From NCBI GenBank assembly GCA_910585015.1, contig CAJUCT010000008.1, positions 29,106 through 93,105 on the forward strand: a stretch of DNA of 64,000 nt, in the 5' to 3' direction. Position numbers and translations under genes: made by a program. Below, piece by piece: positions 1 through 8,877 of this stretch. The DNA comes from an uncultured Acetatifactor sp. Lineage in GTDB: Bacteria; Bacillota; Clostridia; Lachnospirales; Lachnospiraceae. Positions within the stretch are counted from its first letter, which is position 1; the number at the start of each line of letters is the position of its first letter. A model generated the notes under the pieces. That model had not been told where the DNA came from. It worked only from the letters and a program-made list of their open reading frames with translations, and ran no database searches.

Positions 1-772
1 CGGCGCCGTCGCACTGAAGGATGGTGTGAATATTTACAAGGCGGCTGCTAGTAAGACCGGAGAGTACGGGGCACAGACAGAGGATCAGAAGGTTGCAGCC
101 GGTGACTTGACGGGCAATTTTGAGGTGGTCAGCACCAAATTGGCTTCTGCTACAGATGGTACAGCTATTGAAGAAAAGGATTTGGCCGGATTTTTCAATG
201 AAGATGGTTCTATCAAGACTAAGATGTATTATCTGAAAACAGGCGGTGATGCCACCAAGCCGGCTGACTGGCTGGAGGTTGGCTCTGATCAGATAGCGAA
301 ATTTGTGAATGTAAAGCCCGGTAAGGCGGCAGTAGCCGATGGCACGACAGAGGATGTGGAAGTTACCAAGGCTCTGAAGCTGAGCCTCCATGTTGGCGCG
401 GACGGTGATGATCAGAATAAGATCTCCCTGGAAATTGATGCCATGAACGCGAAGAGCATCGGTGTGAGTGGTTTGAAGGTGGATACGGAGGAGAACGCAA
501 CCGAAACCATCAATACGTTGAATGCTGCTATCAAGAAGGTTTCCGAGCAGCGTTCAGCTCTCGGTGCTATTCAGAACCGTCTGGAGCATACCATCAACAA
601 CCTGGACAATGTAGTAGAGAACACCACCGCAGCCGAGAGCCAGATCCGTGACACCGATATGGCTACCGAGATGGTGAAGTATTCCAACAACAACATCTTG
701 GCTCAGGCCGGTCAGGCTATGCTGGCACAGTCTAATCAGGCCAATCAGGGTGTACTGTCTCTGCTGCAGTAG
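1..772 (+). CDS. fliC: Flagellin, C-terminal portion (5' end upstream of the window)
   Basis: The frame is open from the window edge. It ends in the conserved flagellin C-terminus QNRLEHTINNL...AESQIRDTDMATEMVKYSNNNILAQAGQAMLAQSNQANQGVLSLLQ, followed by a hairpin terminator. Confidence 0.9.
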   Translation, partial: GAVALKDGVNIYKAAASKTGEYGAQTEDQKVAAGDLTGNFEVVSTKLASATDGTAIEEKDLAGFFNEDGSIKTKMYYLKTGGDATKPADWLEVGSDQIAKFVNVKPGKAAVADGTTEDVEVTKALKLSLHVGADGDDQNKISLEIDAMNAKSIGVSGLKVDTEENATETINTLNAAIKKVSEQRSALGAIQNRLEHTINNLDNVVENTTAAESQIRDTDMATEMVKYSNNNILAQAGQAMLAQSNQANQGVLSLLQ

Positions 773-815
773 CCCCAGCATCGATAATATGAATCAGAAA
801 TCCTTTGCAACAGGA

Positions 816-843
816 GAACCCGCCGAAAGGCGGGTTCTTTATA
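816..843. terminator. Bidirectional intrinsic terminator between fliC and the Uma2 gene
   Basis: GAACCCGCC-GAAA-GGCGGGTTC stem-loop followed by a T-run. Confidence 0.7.
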
Positions 844-845
844 AT

Positions 846-1415
846 CTAAGAAAGCAAATCCGCAATATTGATGCTTAAATCCGCGTAAATACATACAGGA
901 ATTGTATCATCAAAAGAATATTGATTCGTTCTTTTTTCCTGCTCAAAATCGTAAACAGTTACTGTTTTTTTTAAGGGGTTTACAATCCAGTATTCCCGAA
1001 CTCCGGCAGTGCGGTACTTAAAAAGTTTTACACCATAATCCAACTGACCTGTAGAAGGGGATGTGATCTCTATAATCCAGTCAGGTGCGCCGTTGCAGCC
1101 GTTTTCATCAATTTTTGCTCTGTCACATATAACCGAAATGTCCGGTTCTACATAATTTCGCTCATCTTTATTAATAAACACTGCAAATGGTGCGGCAAAC
1201 ACATTGCAGGTTCCGCCTCTGGTTTTGATGTAATTGTAGATTGTTCCATGCAGCTCACTTAATATTCTTTGATGGATTGTAGAAGGAGGCGCCATCATAT
1301 ACATGCGACCGTCTATCAATTCTGCCCTTTGACCGTTCGGCAGAGCATAGATATCCGCAATTTCATATATTTCTCTCTGCGGTTGTAACATAAGAAATAT
1401 CCTCGCTTTCGTCAT
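846..1415 (-). CDS. Uma2 family (DUF820) PD-(D/E)xK endonuclease-like protein
   Basis: 189 aa with family-typical blocks ELIDG, EPDISV, PDWIIEITSPST and GVREYWIV. The local sequence is AT-rich. Confidence 0.75.
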   Translation of the reverse strand: MTKARIFLMLQPQREIYEIADIYALPNGQRAELIDGRMYMMAPPSTIHQRILSELHGTIYNYIKTRGGTCNVFAAPFAVFINKDERNYVEPDISVICDRAKIDENGCNGAPDWIIEITSPSTGQLDYGVKLFKYRTAGVREYWIVNPLKKTVTVYDFEQEKRTNQYSFDDTIPVCIYADLSINIADLLS

Positions 1416-1781
1416 TTTGCTCCCACAGCAGCCTTGACAATGTATTCCTGTACGAGAGATCCTTTAACAGATATATTATACATCTATAAAAAAGTTCATA
1501 CAATATAAAATAGCTAAAAGTATGTAAAGAAATCTTTTCATCCCTGTTTTTTTTCCGTAAACAGCAGAACTCGGGAAGACCCGCTGCAATATGACAAATT
1601 AATTAGTGGCATAATACGGCAAACTATGATACAATATATCCATATTCAAGGCGGGAAACGGCCAGGAGGCATCTTTGCGCAGCCGCATGGCGATCATGGC
1701 ATAAGTCCCGCAAAGGGCAGAGCAGGTGGGAGAAGGGGGAGATTGGCTATCCATGCCCCGGATATCCACGAAGAGGTAATT

Positions 1782-3845
1782 ATGGCAGGACATATGAAAA
1801 AATATATCAGGTTAAAGGGACGTATTAAGACATATTTGAATTTTACGATTTATCTGGGGATTCTGCTCTGTGCTGTCTCAGCGGCAGTGTTCCTGATTGA
1901 TTACCGGGCAGGCGGTATTGTGACCTGCTTTACTATATTTTACCTGGCGATCACCCTCACCCTGTATTTTTACAACAAGCCCCTGATTATGAATGAACTG
2001 ATCAGCTTTGCGACGGAATACGGGCAGATTCAGAAAAAACTCCTGCGGGAGTTGGAAATTCCTTATGCGTTGCTGGATGACGGAGGTAAGATAATCTGGA
2101 CCAATGCGGCTTTTGAGACGGTGGTACATCAGCCCAAGGGCTACAGCAAATCCCTTACAAGCCTGTTTCCCACCCTCACCCGGGACCGGCTGCCGGATGA
2201 CAGCGGTCTGGACGAGGCACAGTATGATCTTCGTTATGAAGGCAGCGAGTATGTGGTCCGGTTCAAAAGAATTTCTCTGAAGGAGATGGCCGAGCACAGC
2301 GATATGATCCAGGCGGAGGGGTACAATGGATATCTGATCGCCATGTACCTTTTTGATGAGACGGCGCTGCATATCGCCCTGCAGGAGGTGGACGACCAGT
2401 CTCTGGCGGTGGGCATGGTCTATCTGGACAATTATGACGAGGCCCTGGAGAGCGTGGAGGAGGTCAGGCGTTCCCTGTTGATCGCTCTGATTGATCGAAA
2501 GGTCAATAAATACATTTCAGGATTGGACGGCATATCCAAGAAGCTGGAGAAGGACAAATACTTGATTATCCTGCGGAAAAAGGCCATAGCCCAGCTGCAG
2601 GCGAACCGGTTTGAACTGCTGGAGGACGTCAAGACCGTCAATATTGGCAATGAGATGGCTGTAACCATCAGCATGGGCGTGGGCTTGGACGGACTGACAT
2701 ACGCGCAGAACTATGAATTTGCCCGCAATGCCATTGACCTGGCTTTGGGACGCGGCGGCGATCAGGCCGTGATCAAGACTCCGGAGAGTGTGACCTACTA
2801 TGGCGGCAAGAGTCAGCAGGTGGAGAAAAATACCCGCGTGAAGGCCCGTGTGAAAGCCCATGCTCTGCGGGAGATTATCACAGCCAAGGACACGGTGCTG
2901 GTGATGGGCCACAGAAATCCGGATGCCGACAGCTTTGGAGCCACGGTGGGCATCCACCGGATAGCCCAGACGCTGGAGAGAAAAGCCCATATTGTATTGA
3001 ATGATACTCCGGCCTCCATACAGCCGCTGCTGGAGTTGTTCCGAAATAATCCCGATTACGAGGAGGACATGATCATTGACAGCCAGCGCGCCATTGAGAT
3101 TGCCGGTGGCAATGCGGTGCTTGTGGTAGTGGATGTAAACAAGCCTTCTATTACGGAATGTCCTGATTTGCTGCGGTTCTGTAAATCCGTGGTGGTGCTG
3201 GATCATCACCGGGCGGGCAAGGAAACCATCGAGAACGCCACGCTCTCCTATGTGGAGCCCTATGCGTCTTCGGCATGCGAAATGGTATCAGAGATATTGC
3301 AGTACACTTATGACAATATCAAAATACGTCCCGAGGAGGCGGATTGTATGTATTCCGGCATCATTATTGACACCAACAATTTTGTCAGTAAGGCCGGTGT
3401 GCGAACCTTTGAGGCGGCTGCGTTCCTGCGCCGTAATGGCGCGGATGTGACCAGGGTGAGAAAGCTGTTTCGGGAGGATGCCAATGAGTACAAGGCCAAG
3501 GCGGATGCCGTCAGCCAGGCCGAGATATACCGGCAGAATTTTGCCATATCGGTGTGTACCAGCGACGATCTGCCAAGTCCTACGATTGTGGGTGCCCAGG
3601 CGGCCAACGAGCTTCTGAACATAAAGGGAATCAAGGCCAGCTTCGTGCTTACGGATTACCAGGGCAAGATTTATATCAGCGCCCGGTCCATTGACGAGGT
3701 CAATGTGCAGCTGATCATGGAGCGAATGGGAGGAGGCGGACATATGTCCATTGCCGCCTGCCAGATGGAGGGCGCTGGGATTATTGAAGCCATCGGCGTC
3801 TTGAAATCCACCATAGACAATATGCTGGAGACAGGGGAAATTTAA
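1782..3845 (+). CDS. gdpP: GdpP-like DHH/DHHA1 cyclic-di-AMP phosphodiesterase
   Basis: Two N-terminal TM helices. DHH motifs GHRNPDADSFG, VVVDVN and LDHHR, plus DHHA1 GGGGH. Classic yybT-rplI-dnaB synteny. Start moved to the ATG at 1782, preceded by GAAGAGG; the ORF-track start at 1626 has no RBS. Confidence 0.85.
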   Translation: MAGHMKKYIRLKGRIKTYLNFTIYLGILLCAVSAAVFLIDYRAGGIVTCFTIFYLAITLTLYFYNKPLIMNELISFATEYGQIQKKLLRELEIPYALLDDGGKIIWTNAAFETVVHQPKGYSKSLTSLFPTLTRDRLPDDSGLDEAQYDLRYEGSEYVVRFKRISLKEMAEHSDMIQAEGYNGYLIAMYLFDETALHIALQEVDDQSLAVGMVYLDNYDEALESVEEVRRSLLIALIDRKVNKYISGLDGISKKLEKDKYLIILRKKAIAQLQANRFELLEDVKTVNIGNEMAVTISMGVGLDGLTYAQNYEFARNAIDLALGRGGDQAVIKTPESVTYYGGKSQQVEKNTRVKARVKAHALREIITAKDTVLVMGHRNPDADSFGATVGIHRIAQTLERKAHIVLNDTPASIQPLLELFRNNPDYEEDMIIDSQRAIEIAGGNAVLVVVDVNKPSITECPDLLRFCKSVVVLDHHRAGKETIENATLSYVEPYASSACEMVSEILQYTYDNIKIRPEEADCMYSGIIIDTNNFVSKAGVRTFEAAAFLRRNGADVTRVRKLFREDANEYKAKADAVSQAEIYRQNFAISVCTSDDLPSPTIVGAQAANELLNIKGIKASFVLTDYQGKIYISARSIDEVNVQLIMERMGGGGHMSIAACQMEGAGIIEAIGVLKSTIDNMLETGEI

Positions 3846-3852
3846 GCAGGAA

Positions 3853-4090
3853 AACATGCGGAACATGCGGAACGCCAAGACAGCATGTTCCCGGACAGTA
3901 CACTGATGAACATCTGGACGCCAAAGCGGCCGGATGTGCATCACCTGATATGTGAACTGGTAGGGAACATGCGGAACGCCAAGACAGCATGTTCCCGGAC
4001 AGTACACTGATGAACATCTGGACGCCAAAGCGGCCGGATGTGCATCACCTGATATGTGAACTGGTAGGGAACATGCGGAACTCTAATAGG
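3853..4090 (+). repeat. Tandem duplication (104 bp unit, 2 full copies plus partial copies) of the hairpin/GCGGAAC element, family 1
   Basis: Unit 3861-3964 is repeated at 3965-4068 with no differences seen by eye. A third partial copy ends in CATGCGGAACTCTAATAGGAGG directly before the rplI ATG. Confidence 0.95.
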
Positions 4091-4099
4091 AGGAAGAAT

Positions 4100-4546
4100 A
4101 TGAAGATTATTTTATTACAGGATGAGAAAAAGCTGGGGAAGAAGGGCGACATTATCGAGGCCAGTGACGGATATGCGAGAAATTACATTCTGCCGAAAAA
4201 GATCGGCGTGGAGGCCACACCTAAGAACCTGAATGAACTAAAGCTGCAGAAAGCCAACAGTGAGAAACTCGCCCAGGAACAACTGGATGCCGCTAAGGCG
4301 CTGGCCGCAGACCTGGAGCCTCGTCAGGTGGTGGTTAGGATCAAGGCGGGTGAGGGCGGCAAGACCTTCGGTTCTGTGTCTTCCAAGGAGATCGCGGCGG
4401 CACTGAAGGAACAGCATGGCATTGAACTGGACAAGAAGAAGATACAGCTGGGAGAGAGCCTGAAGAGCTTTGGCAATTATGAGGTGGCTGTGAAGCTCCA
4501 TCCCCAGGTGACCGGAAAGTTTACCGTGAAAGTGACGGAGGCATAG
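4100..4546 (+). CDS. rplI: 50S ribosomal protein L9
   Basis: MKIILLQDEKKLGKKGDIIEASDGYARNYILPKK is the L9 N-terminal signature. AGGAGG RBS sits 6 nt upstream. Confidence 0.95.
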   Translation: MKIILLQDEKKLGKKGDIIEASDGYARNYILPKKIGVEATPKNLNELKLQKANSEKLAQEQLDAAKALAADLEPRQVVVRIKAGEGGKTFGSVSSKEIAAALKEQHGIELDKKKIQLGESLKSFGNYEVAVKLHPQVTGKFTVKVTEA

Positions 4547-4642
4547 AATCTGGGGCGGGCTTGCGGGCCTGGGAGCTTGTATGAAACGCGATAGCACAGC
4601 TTGGCCTAAGTCAAACTCCAGTTATGCGGGAATAAGGAAAAT

Positions 4643-5971
4643 ATGGATGAAATAGCGATTAAAAGAATTTTGCCCCACAGTGTGGAGGCGGAACAGGCGG
4701 TGATTGGTTCCATGATCATGGATCGGGAGGCCATTGTGGTGGCTTCCGAGATCGTCATGGGAGAGGATTTTTACAACAGGCAGTATGGCATCCTGTTTGA
4801 GACCATGGTGGAACTGAACGATAAGGGCTATCCGGTGGACCTGGTGACATTGCAGGACAAGCTGAAGGAAAAGGATGTGCCGCCGGAGGTGAGCAGCCTG
4901 GAGTTCGTCCGGGACCTGCTGGGGATGGTGACTACCTCCGCAAATATCAAATACTATGCCAACATTGTGGCGGAAAAGTCCACCCTGCGCAGACTGATCA
5001 GACTCAACGAGGAGATTGCCAACACCTGTTATACGGGCAAGGAAAGCCTTGAGAACATACTGGAGGACACGGAGAAGAGAGTTTTCCAGCTGGTGCAGAA
5101 GCGCAATACCGAGGATTTCACCCCCATCCGGCAGGTGGTGATGAACGCCATGGACAGAATCGAGGCAGCGTCCAGGCAGAAGGGTACGGTGACAGGTATT
5201 GCCACCGGCTTTCTGGATCTGGATTACCGAACGGCGGGCCTGCAGCCCTCGGATTTGATTCTGATTGCCGCCCGCCCTTCCATGGGTAAGACGGCGTTTG
5301 TGCTGAATATCGCCCAGCATATTGCTTTTAAATTGGACCTCACGGTGGCGATCTTCAGCCTGGAGATGAGCAAGGAGCAGCTGGTAAACCGTCTTTTTTC
5401 TCTGCAGTCCAGCGTGGATGCCCAGAAGCTGCGCACGGGACAGTTGGATGACGAGGAGTGGGAAAAGCTGATCGAAAGCGCGGGTGTGATTGGCCGCTCC
5501 AACCTTTTTATAGATGATACTCCTGGCATCAGTATCGCGGAACTGCGGACCAAATGCCGTAAGCTGAAGTTGGAGCACAATCTGTCCATCATTATCATCG
5601 ACTATCTGCAATTGATGTCGGGCAGCGGCAAGTCGGATTCCAGACAGCAGGAGATCTCGGATATTTCCCGGGCACTGAAGGGCCTGGCAAGGGAACTGCA
5701 TGTGCCGGTGGTGGCGCTGTCCCAGCTGAGCCGTGCAGTGGAGCAGAGGCCGGATCACCGTCCAATGATGTCGGATCTGCGTGAGTCCGGTGCCATCGAG
5801 CAGGATGCGGATGTGGTGATGTTTATATATCGGGATGATTATTACAATCACGATACGGAGAAAAAGGATATTGCTGAGATTATCATAGGTAAGCAGAGAA
5901 ACGGCCCCATAGGCACTGTGGAGTTGGCCTGGCTGCCCAAATACACCAGGTTCGCCAATCTGGAGAGATAA
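4643..5971 (+). CDS. dnaB: Replicative DNA helicase
   Basis: 442 aa. Walker A ARPSMGKTAF, IIIDYLQLM, and the RecA-like C-terminal domain SQLSR...SDLRESGAIEQDAD. Confidence 0.95.
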   Translation: MDEIAIKRILPHSVEAEQAVIGSMIMDREAIVVASEIVMGEDFYNRQYGILFETMVELNDKGYPVDLVTLQDKLKEKDVPPEVSSLEFVRDLLGMVTTSANIKYYANIVAEKSTLRRLIRLNEEIANTCYTGKESLENILEDTEKRVFQLVQKRNTEDFTPIRQVVMNAMDRIEAASRQKGTVTGIATGFLDLDYRTAGLQPSDLILIAARPSMGKTAFVLNIAQHIAFKLDLTVAIFSLEMSKEQLVNRLFSLQSSVDAQKLRTGQLDDEEWEKLIESAGVIGRSNLFIDDTPGISIAELRTKCRKLKLEHNLSIIIIDYLQLMSGSGKSDSRQQEISDISRALKGLARELHVPVVALSQLSRAVEQRPDHRPMMSDLRESGAIEQDADVVMFIYRDDYYNHDTEKKDIAEIIIGKQRNGPIGTVELAWLPKYTRFANLER

Positions 5972-5986
5972 AAAACAGAACCTACG

Positions 5987-6021
5987 AAAGAGAATGGAAG
6001 GGAAAGTCCATTCTCTTTTTA
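5987..6021 (+). terminator. Intrinsic terminator after dnaB
   Basis: AAAGAGAATGGA / TCCATTCTCTTT stem followed by a T-run. Confidence 0.75.
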
Positions 6022-6053
6022 TACGCGAAACAGGAAATTATATAAACAGCATA

Positions 6054-6152
6054 TCCCTGGAATATACACTGAACAAAAGCAAGACGCCCAAGCGGCATGA
6101 TTTTGTTCACCAGGATTGTGTACAGACAAGGAATATGCGGAACTTTAAATAA
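6054..6152 (+). repeat. Family 1 hairpin/GCGGAAC element, single copy
   Basis: ACTGAACAAAAGCAAGACGCCCAAGCGGCATGATTTTGTTCACC aligns by eye with the cores at 3903-3945 and 17523-17566. It ends in ATATGCGGAACTTTAAATAAGAAAGGGG before the merR-like ATG. Confidence 0.7.
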
Positions 6153-6166
6153 GAAAGGGGAAAGTT

Positions 6167-6955
6167 ATGGGAACTTACTTGCTCATATCGGATGCCGCCA
6201 AGGAGGTCAAGGTGGAGAGTCATGTGCTGCGCTATTGGGAGGAGGAACTGCGGCTGCCCATCAAGCGCAATGAGCTGGGGCACCGTTACTATACGCAGGA
6301 GGATGTGGAACGCTTCAAGCAGATCAAAGCTATGAAAGAAAGGGGATTACAGTTGAAAGCGATCAAGATGATCCTAAAAGATGGAAAATTGGATGTTCTG
6401 CCTCAGGAGGAATTTCGTGAGAGGACAGCAGGGAGAGAAATGCCCCGGGAGGATATATCCCAGGGAAATATGCAGGACGCAGGTAGAGATCCTTCCATGG
6501 CTATTGAGGTGGTTTCTGTCAGGGACAGCGATATGGTCCCGGAGAGAGAGGAATATTCCGCTCCCGTGCAGCAGGAGTTGGCGGAGCCTATCCGGCAGAA
6601 ATCGTCCGGTTTGTCAGCGGAAAGCCGGGAGGACAAAGCGCGCCGCCTGCAATGGCTTTTGCAGCAGTTGATCCGAGAAACTTTGCGGGAAAACAATGAG
6701 GAACTCTGCCAGAGTATGAAGGAAAGCCTTATCAAGGAGTTGGATTATCAATTTCGCAGTCAGGAGGAGCGGGAGGAGGAGAGGGACCGTCTGGCCCAGC
6801 AGCGCAGCGAGGAATACTACCGGAAGATGGATGAACTGTTGTGCAAAAAAAGTCGCAGGAAGGCGGACAAAGCGGACAAAAAGGAGCGGGCAGCGGAGAA
6901 GGTCAAGCCCCCCAAGCCTACCGGAGATAAGAAAAAAAGGCATTTCGTTTTCTGA
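6167..6955 (+). CDS. MerR family transcriptional regulator with a long charged C-terminal tail
   Basis: N-terminal HTH ISDAAKEVKVESHVLRYWEEE...LGHRYYTQEDVERFKQIKAMKERGLQLKAIK. The C-terminal approximately 180 aa are E/R/K-rich. Confidence 0.8.
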   Translation: MGTYLLISDAAKEVKVESHVLRYWEEELRLPIKRNELGHRYYTQEDVERFKQIKAMKERGLQLKAIKMILKDGKLDVLPQEEFRERTAGREMPREDISQGNMQDAGRDPSMAIEVVSVRDSDMVPEREEYSAPVQQELAEPIRQKSSGLSAESREDKARRLQWLLQQLIRETLRENNEELCQSMKESLIKELDYQFRSQEEREEERDRLAQQRSEEYYRKMDELLCKKSRRKADKADKKERAAEKVKPPKPTGDKKKRHFVF

Positions 6956-6965
6956 AATGCCTTTT
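6934..6965. terminator. Bidirectional terminator between the merR-like gene and ferredoxin
   Basis: AAAAGGCATTTC / GAAATGCCTTTT stem flanked by A-run and T-run. Confidence 0.7.
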
Positions 6966-6982
6966 CACTCTCACAAATACGC

Positions 6983-7153
6983 TTACTCTTCGCTGATGGT
7001 ACCCACAGGGCAGTTACCGGCACAGGAACCACAGGAAATGCAGGTATCGGGATCGATCACTGCAACACCGGTATCCATGCTGATTGCGCCTACAGGACAC
7101 GCACCGGCACAAGCACCGCAGCCTACACAAGCGTCGCCTACTACAAATGCCAT
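6983..7153 (-). CDS. 2x[4Fe-4S] ferredoxin
   Basis: 56 aa with two CxxCxxCxxxCP motifs (CVGCGACAGACP and CISCGSCAGNCP). Start placed at MAFVV. Confidence 0.9.
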   Translation of the reverse strand: MAFVVGDACVGCGACAGACPVGAISMDTGVAVIDPDTCISCGSCAGNCPVGTISEE

Positions 7154-7231
7154 ACTCTTATCCTCCCTAATGATAGAATAGATTTTTAATACCTCTCTTA
7201 TTGTAATATAGAATGCGGATGAATACAAGTA

Positions 7232-7987
7232 CTAATTTTGCTCTGCGCGGCGTTTTTTGACACCTTCCAAAATCACCTTTTTCTTTTCAACCACCTTGTC
7301 CTTGTCCATGGCAGGGACACCGGCCAGTTTGTAGTCAATTCCCAGTTTTTTGTATTTGGCCTCGCCCATGGTGTGGTAGGGCAGCACATCCAGCGCCTTT
7401 AAATTGTCAAATTGGCCGATGAAATAGCCCAGGTCATACAGGTATTTATCGTCGTCTGTGATGCCTGGCACCACCACATGCCGTATCCACATATCAACTT
7501 TTTTCTCGTTCAGGTAGGCGGCAAATTCCAGAATGTGCTGGTTGGGCTGGGAGGTCAGTTCCTTGTGCTTGGCGGGATCGATGTGCTTGATGTCCAGCAT
7601 TACTAGGTCCGTCAGCGTCATCAGCTTATCCAGTTTCTGAATCCATGCAGTGTTGTCTGGATTAAAGGCAATACCTGAACTGTCAATACAGGTGTGTATA
7701 TTTTTCTCTTTTGCCAATGTGAACAGGTCGATCAGAAAGTCCACCTGCATCAGGGGTTCCCCGCCGGTGACGGTCAGGCCGCCGCCGTTTTTGTAGAAAG
7801 CACTGTTTCTTTCGTACTGCTCGATGATATAGGCCGGCTCCATCATTGTGCCGCCGCTCATCTCCCAGGTGTCAGGGTTGTGGCAGTAGGCACAACGCAT
7901 GGGACATCCCTGTACGAACACAACAAAACGTGTGCCGGGGCCGTCCACAGTGCCAAAACTCTCAAGTGAATGAATTCTCCCTTGCAT
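7232..7987 (-). CDS. pflA: Pyruvate formate-lyase activating enzyme (radical SAM)
   Basis: CPMRCAYCHNPDTW radical-SAM cluster motif and GGGLTVTGGEPL. The start at MQGRIHSLESFG is chosen by RBS spacing. The ORF-track start at 8017 is possible but less likely. Confidence 0.88.
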   Translation of the reverse strand: MQGRIHSLESFGTVDGPGTRFVVFVQGCPMRCAYCHNPDTWEMSGGTMMEPAYIIEQYERNSAFYKNGGGLTVTGGEPLMQVDFLIDLFTLAKEKNIHTCIDSSGIAFNPDNTAWIQKLDKLMTLTDLVMLDIKHIDPAKHKELTSQPNQHILEFAAYLNEKKVDMWIRHVVVPGITDDDKYLYDLGYFIGQFDNLKALDVLPYHTMGEAKYKKLGIDYKLAGVPAMDKDKVVEKKKVILEGVKKRRAEQN

Positions 7988-8023
7988 AAATAATAGCATC
8001 TCCTTTCGTGAAGGCAATTCCTG

Positions 8024-8102
8024 GCTTACCTCTTTCCTGCATAACGTGGATTATGCTCGTGTTATTACCTTAATCGGTATTTGGATGTGCAACATCCAAA
8101 AC
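8024..8102 (+). repeat. Family 2 palindromic element, single unit
   Basis: CTTACCTCT...CCTGCATAACG...TTAATCGGTATTTGGATGTGCAACATCCAAA matches the units at 61738-61898 and 25214-25380. Confidence 0.75.
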
Positions 8103-8214
8103 CAATATTGAATAAAGTCATTATAGCAGAATTTCTAATAAATGGAAAGATGGTTTTGAAAGAATGCCGCATGGATATAGTATGTCCGAAAAATGGAAAA
8201 GGAGTACAAAAAAA

Positions 8215-8252
8215 GGGAGTCCCGGTTCACGGGACCCCTCTTTCGGTTAATC
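8215..8252 (-). terminator. Intrinsic terminator after the stand-alone glycyl-radical ORF
   Basis: On the minus strand: GAGGGGTCCCG-TGAA-CCGGGACTCCC followed by TTTTTTT. Confidence 0.75.
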
Positions 8253-8264
8253 GGCCACTGCCGA

Positions 8265-8507
8265 TTAGATAGCCTCATGGAAGGTACGGGAGATAACGTC
8301 AGCCTGCTGTTCCGGAGTCAGCTTGATGAAGTTCACTGCATAGCCGGACACGCGGATGGTCAGCTGAGGATAATTCTCGGGATGAGCCTGAGCATCCAAT
8401 AAGGTATCTCTGTTCAACACGTTTACATTCAGATGATGACCGCCCTTCGTAGCATAGCCATCCAATAAGTTTACCAGGTTATCAACCTGTGCTGCACTTG
8501 CTGCCAT
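8265..8507 (-). CDS. Stand-alone glycyl-radical domain, the detached C-terminal piece of PflB (GrcA/YfiD-like)
   Basis: 80 aa containing [55 protein letters not shown], the PFL C-terminal glycyl-radical signature RVSGYAV. It has its own AGGAGG RBS. Confidence 0.9.
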   Translation of the reverse strand: MAASAAQVDNLVNLLDGYATKGGHHLNVNVLNRDTLLDAQAHPENYPQLTIRVSGYAVNFIKLTPEQQADVISRTFHEAI

Positions 8508-8634
8508 AATTTTTTCCTCCTATTCTGAGTTCCGTCTCTGCACTACGGCGTCCCCTGAGAGGGAGGCCGTAGTGCAGAGACTGTTATTGATATATTTTAT
8601 GCCGCCCGCCCGTAGGGGGCGGCATGTACTGCAC

Positions 8635-8835
8635 CTATTCGTAATCATCCAGTCCCTGATGCAAAGTAGGTACACTGCAGGCCAGCGGGGTGCGGGAACA
8701 ATCCGAACAACCCATGGTCTGAACGGTTTTGTTTTCCTCGGTATCGTCACGGTCCACATTGATGTGTCCCATGCCGTCTGCCATGCCCTGATCGAGCATT
8801 TTTACGAGGTCATCAATCATTTTATTCTCGTCCAT
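8635..8835 (-). CDS. 66 aa acidic Cys-containing protein encoded inside the pflB interruption
   Basis: GAAAGAGG RBS 5 nt upstream of the ATG. Residues 7-28 resemble the start of the glycyl-radical piece (DDLVKMLD..G.GHINV versus [15 protein letters not shown]). It also carries a CSDC...C motif. Coding status is unproven. Confidence 0.5.
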   Translation of the reverse strand: MDENKMIDDLVKMLDQGMADGMGHINVDRDDTEENKTVQTMGCSDCSRTPLACSVPTLHQGLDDYE

Positions 8836-8877
8836 ATTTACCTCTTTCTACATCATAGTCTCGATGTGGTCTACAGA

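Noticed and set aside
846-1415. AT-rich Uma2 endonuclease gene as part of a restriction or defense system
   Set aside because: It is a single gene with no methyltransferase, ATPase or toxin partner adjacent. Uma2/DUF820 genes are frequent solitary genes.
1625-1781. Possible c-di-AMP (ydaO-type) riboswitch or other structured leader upstream of gdpP
   Set aside because: An extended -10 (TGATACAAT) and a GC-rich 150 nt leader are present. I could not match any riboswitch consensus by eye, so the evidence is insufficient to call one.
4073-4086. GGAACT...TCTAA read as an ECF sigma (sigma-E-like GGAACTT-N16-TCTAA) promoter
   Set aside because: The two halves are adjacent rather than separated by about 16 nt, and the motif sits 1-8 nt from the RBS. 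That position is too close to the start codon for a promoter.
3989-4099. N-terminal extension of the rplI ORF through the tandem repeat; likewise the 1626 start for gdpP, 26295 for atpD and 29021 for the methyltransferase
   Set aside because: The extensions are encoded by repeat or leader sequence, lack an RBS, and are absent from the conserved protein families. Internal ATGs with good Shine-Dalgarno spacing were used instead.
4622-5851. Long antisense ORFs opposite clearly homologous genes. Examples: 4622-5851 opposite dnaB, 8572-9855 opposite pflB, 13398-14996 opposite GH18, 18815-19930 opposite the SleB-like gene, 26997-27719 opposite atpD, and 50220-51392 opposite mfd
   Set aside because: Their translations are low-complexity and rich in R, H, L, Q and G, with no motifs. 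They always mirror a strongly supported gene, which is the usual artefact of GC-rich third-position-biased coding DNA.
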